Below are positions 55,269 through 56,336 of a stretch of 56,336 bases of DNA, one piece after another (position 1 is the first letter of the stretch; every line of letters begins with the position of its first letter). The translations under genes were made by a program, and so were the position numbers. This stretch comes from Candidatus Ozemobacteraceae bacterium (GTDB lineage: Bacteria > Muiribacteriota > Ozemobacteria > Ozemobacterales > Ozemobacteraceae), in assembly GCA_036567845.1 (NCBI GenBank), contig DATCTT010000298.1, forward strand, positions 1 through 56,336. Direction: 5' to 3'. The notes beneath the pieces are model-generated. The model worked only from the letters and a program-made list of their open reading frames with translations, made no database searches and was not told the DNA's origin.

Positions 55269-55628
55269 ATGGGCATCCGGGAACGTCTGACCCGCGTCGT
55301 GAAAGCGTACGTCAACGCCTGGCTCGGCCGGCCCCTCACGGATTTCGAGTCCGACGACCTGCCCTGGCCCGACGAGGAGGAGCCCGCCCCCAGCCAGGCT
55401 GATTCCCGGGAGCGGGAGCTCGATGACAGGCTCAGGCGCTTCTACAGCCGGCTCGAGATCCCGGCCGGCTCGGACCTGGCGACGGTCCGGAAAGCCTGGA
55501 AAGAGATGATGAAGCGGTATCACCCCGACCGCCACGGGAATGATCCAGAGAAACTGGCCACGGCGACCAGACTCTGCCAGGAACTGACCGAAGCATATCT
55601 TGAGTTATCCCGGTTTCTCAAAACTTGA
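55269..55628 (+). CDS. Small J-domain (DnaJ-like) co-chaperone
   Basis: LEIPAGSDLATVRKAWKEMMKRYHPDRH..ELTEAY with intact HPD. Confidence 0.9.
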   Translation: MGIRERLTRVVKAYVNAWLGRPLTDFESDDLPWPDEEEPAPSQADSRERELDDRLRRFYSRLEIPAGSDLATVRKAWKEMMKRYHPDRHGNDPEKLATATRLCQELTEAYLELSRFLKT

Positions 55629-55653
55629 CACCCGCCCCAGCATGCCGTACAGT
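55625..55653 (+). promoter_or_regulatory. Sigma70 promoter TTGACA-17-TACAGT for the methyltransferase
   Basis: TTGACA 55625-55630 overlaps the J-protein stop; TACAGT 55648-55653. Confidence 0.6.
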
Positions 55654-55723
55654 GCGGGCGTTTGAGTTCGATTCTCCGCCATATAATATATAATAAAGTA
55701 TACACAGGAAAGGATGCGCTCGC

Positions 55724-56336
55724 ATGAGCCGAAACGCCCCCGAAGCGTGGGAAACGGGGAGCCTGGTCGATCATTACAACACCCTGTTTCCATTCGACGA
55801 AAAGGAGATTCTCGCTTATCTCGACCCGCTGGAACTAAGCCGCGATGACGTGTTCATCGATTTCGGCTGCGGCAACGGCGCCGCCCTTGCCGTTGCAGCG
55901 AGGTTCTGCCGCCGGGTGATCGGCGTCGACATCGCCGAAAAGCAACTCGAGCAGGCCAAGCAACGTCTTGCCGCAGTGCCGGCTGCCCGCCTTCTCCAGC
56001 TCCCCTTTCTCGAGTGTCGTCTCGAGGATGAGGAACCGCTGACGAAGGGTTCGTCCCGCAAAGCCCTGCACCACCTGACGGATGCGGAAAAGGTCGCGTT
56101 TTTCCGGCAGATTGGCCCGCGATTTGCGACCGGCGCCCGCTTCGTGATCGAGGATGCCGTCTTCGATTTCGACCGTTCCGAACTTGAAGCCCGCATGCCG
56201 CAGGTCCTTGCCGATGCCGCCGTCTGGTATGGCGAGCGCTGGCCCAGGATACAGCCGGATTTCCTGATCACGATCCGGGACGAGTTCGCCACGGGGCTGA
56301 ACGCCTGGACGGCAGCCCTCGAGGCGGGCGGCTTCA
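55724..56336 (+). CDS. Class I SAM-dependent methyltransferase (runs off window end; absent from ORF track)
   Basis: Manual translation MSRNAPEAW...VFIDFGCGNG..VIGVDIA..ALHHL..FVIED; frame stays open to the end of the window. Confidence 0.85.
   Translation, partial: MSRNAPEAWETGSLVDHYNTLFPFDEKEILAYLDPLELSRDDVFIDFGCGNGAALAVAARFCRRVIGVDIAEKQLEQAKQRLAAVPAARLLQLPFLECRLEDEEPLTKGSSRKALHHLTDAEKVAFFRQIGPRFATGARFVIEDAVFDFDRSELEARMPQVLADAAVWYGERWPRIQPDFLITIRDEFATGLNAWTAALEAGGF

Noticed and set aside
1-56336. CRISPR arrays, tRNA/rRNA genes, prophage, IS elements, known anti-phage systems
   Set aside because: I saw no regularly spaced short repeats, cloverleaf or rRNA signatures, and no integrase, transposase or defence motifs; intergenic gaps are short. 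tRNAscan-SE and DefenseFinder were not run.

Overview
GC-rich, gene-dense chromosomal window with about 41 supportable CDSs. I saw no rRNA, tRNA, CRISPR array, phage or IS element. Left half: a minus-strand operon (GAF-GAF-PAS histidine kinase, coaE, SseB-like protein, REC-PP2C/SpoIIE phosphatase, moaB), a 5'-nucleotidase, a phytol/dolichol-kinase-like membrane protein, a membrane PAS/GAF protein with no output domain, a UDP-glucuronate-type epimerase, iorAB, a Zn/Mn ABC transporter, a HEAT-TPR scaffold, a stand-alone Tudor-like protein and a clostripain-family protease. Middle: a rearranged, truncated dcw cluster (ftsL-rsmH-ftsI-murE-murF-mraY). Right half, the most unusual part: (i) a divergent pair of a DUF4382-like lipoprotein and a ~3000-aa Ig-repeat surface protein, which carries an exact-period 1368-bp internal duplication and a T9SS/FlgD-type C-terminal domain; (ii) a co-oriented 12-kb minus-strand run of GIDE-domain protein, PP2C, TPR, soluble Ser/Thr kinase, FlgN/FliT-like protein, FecR-like protein, TPR, a secreted pore-former-like protein and four prepilin-like genes. 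The gene style resembles Candidatus Riflebacteria, but this is my unverified inference. All family assignments come from motif recognition by eye; no database was searched. Many starts were moved downstream of the ORF-track start to an RBS-supported codon.
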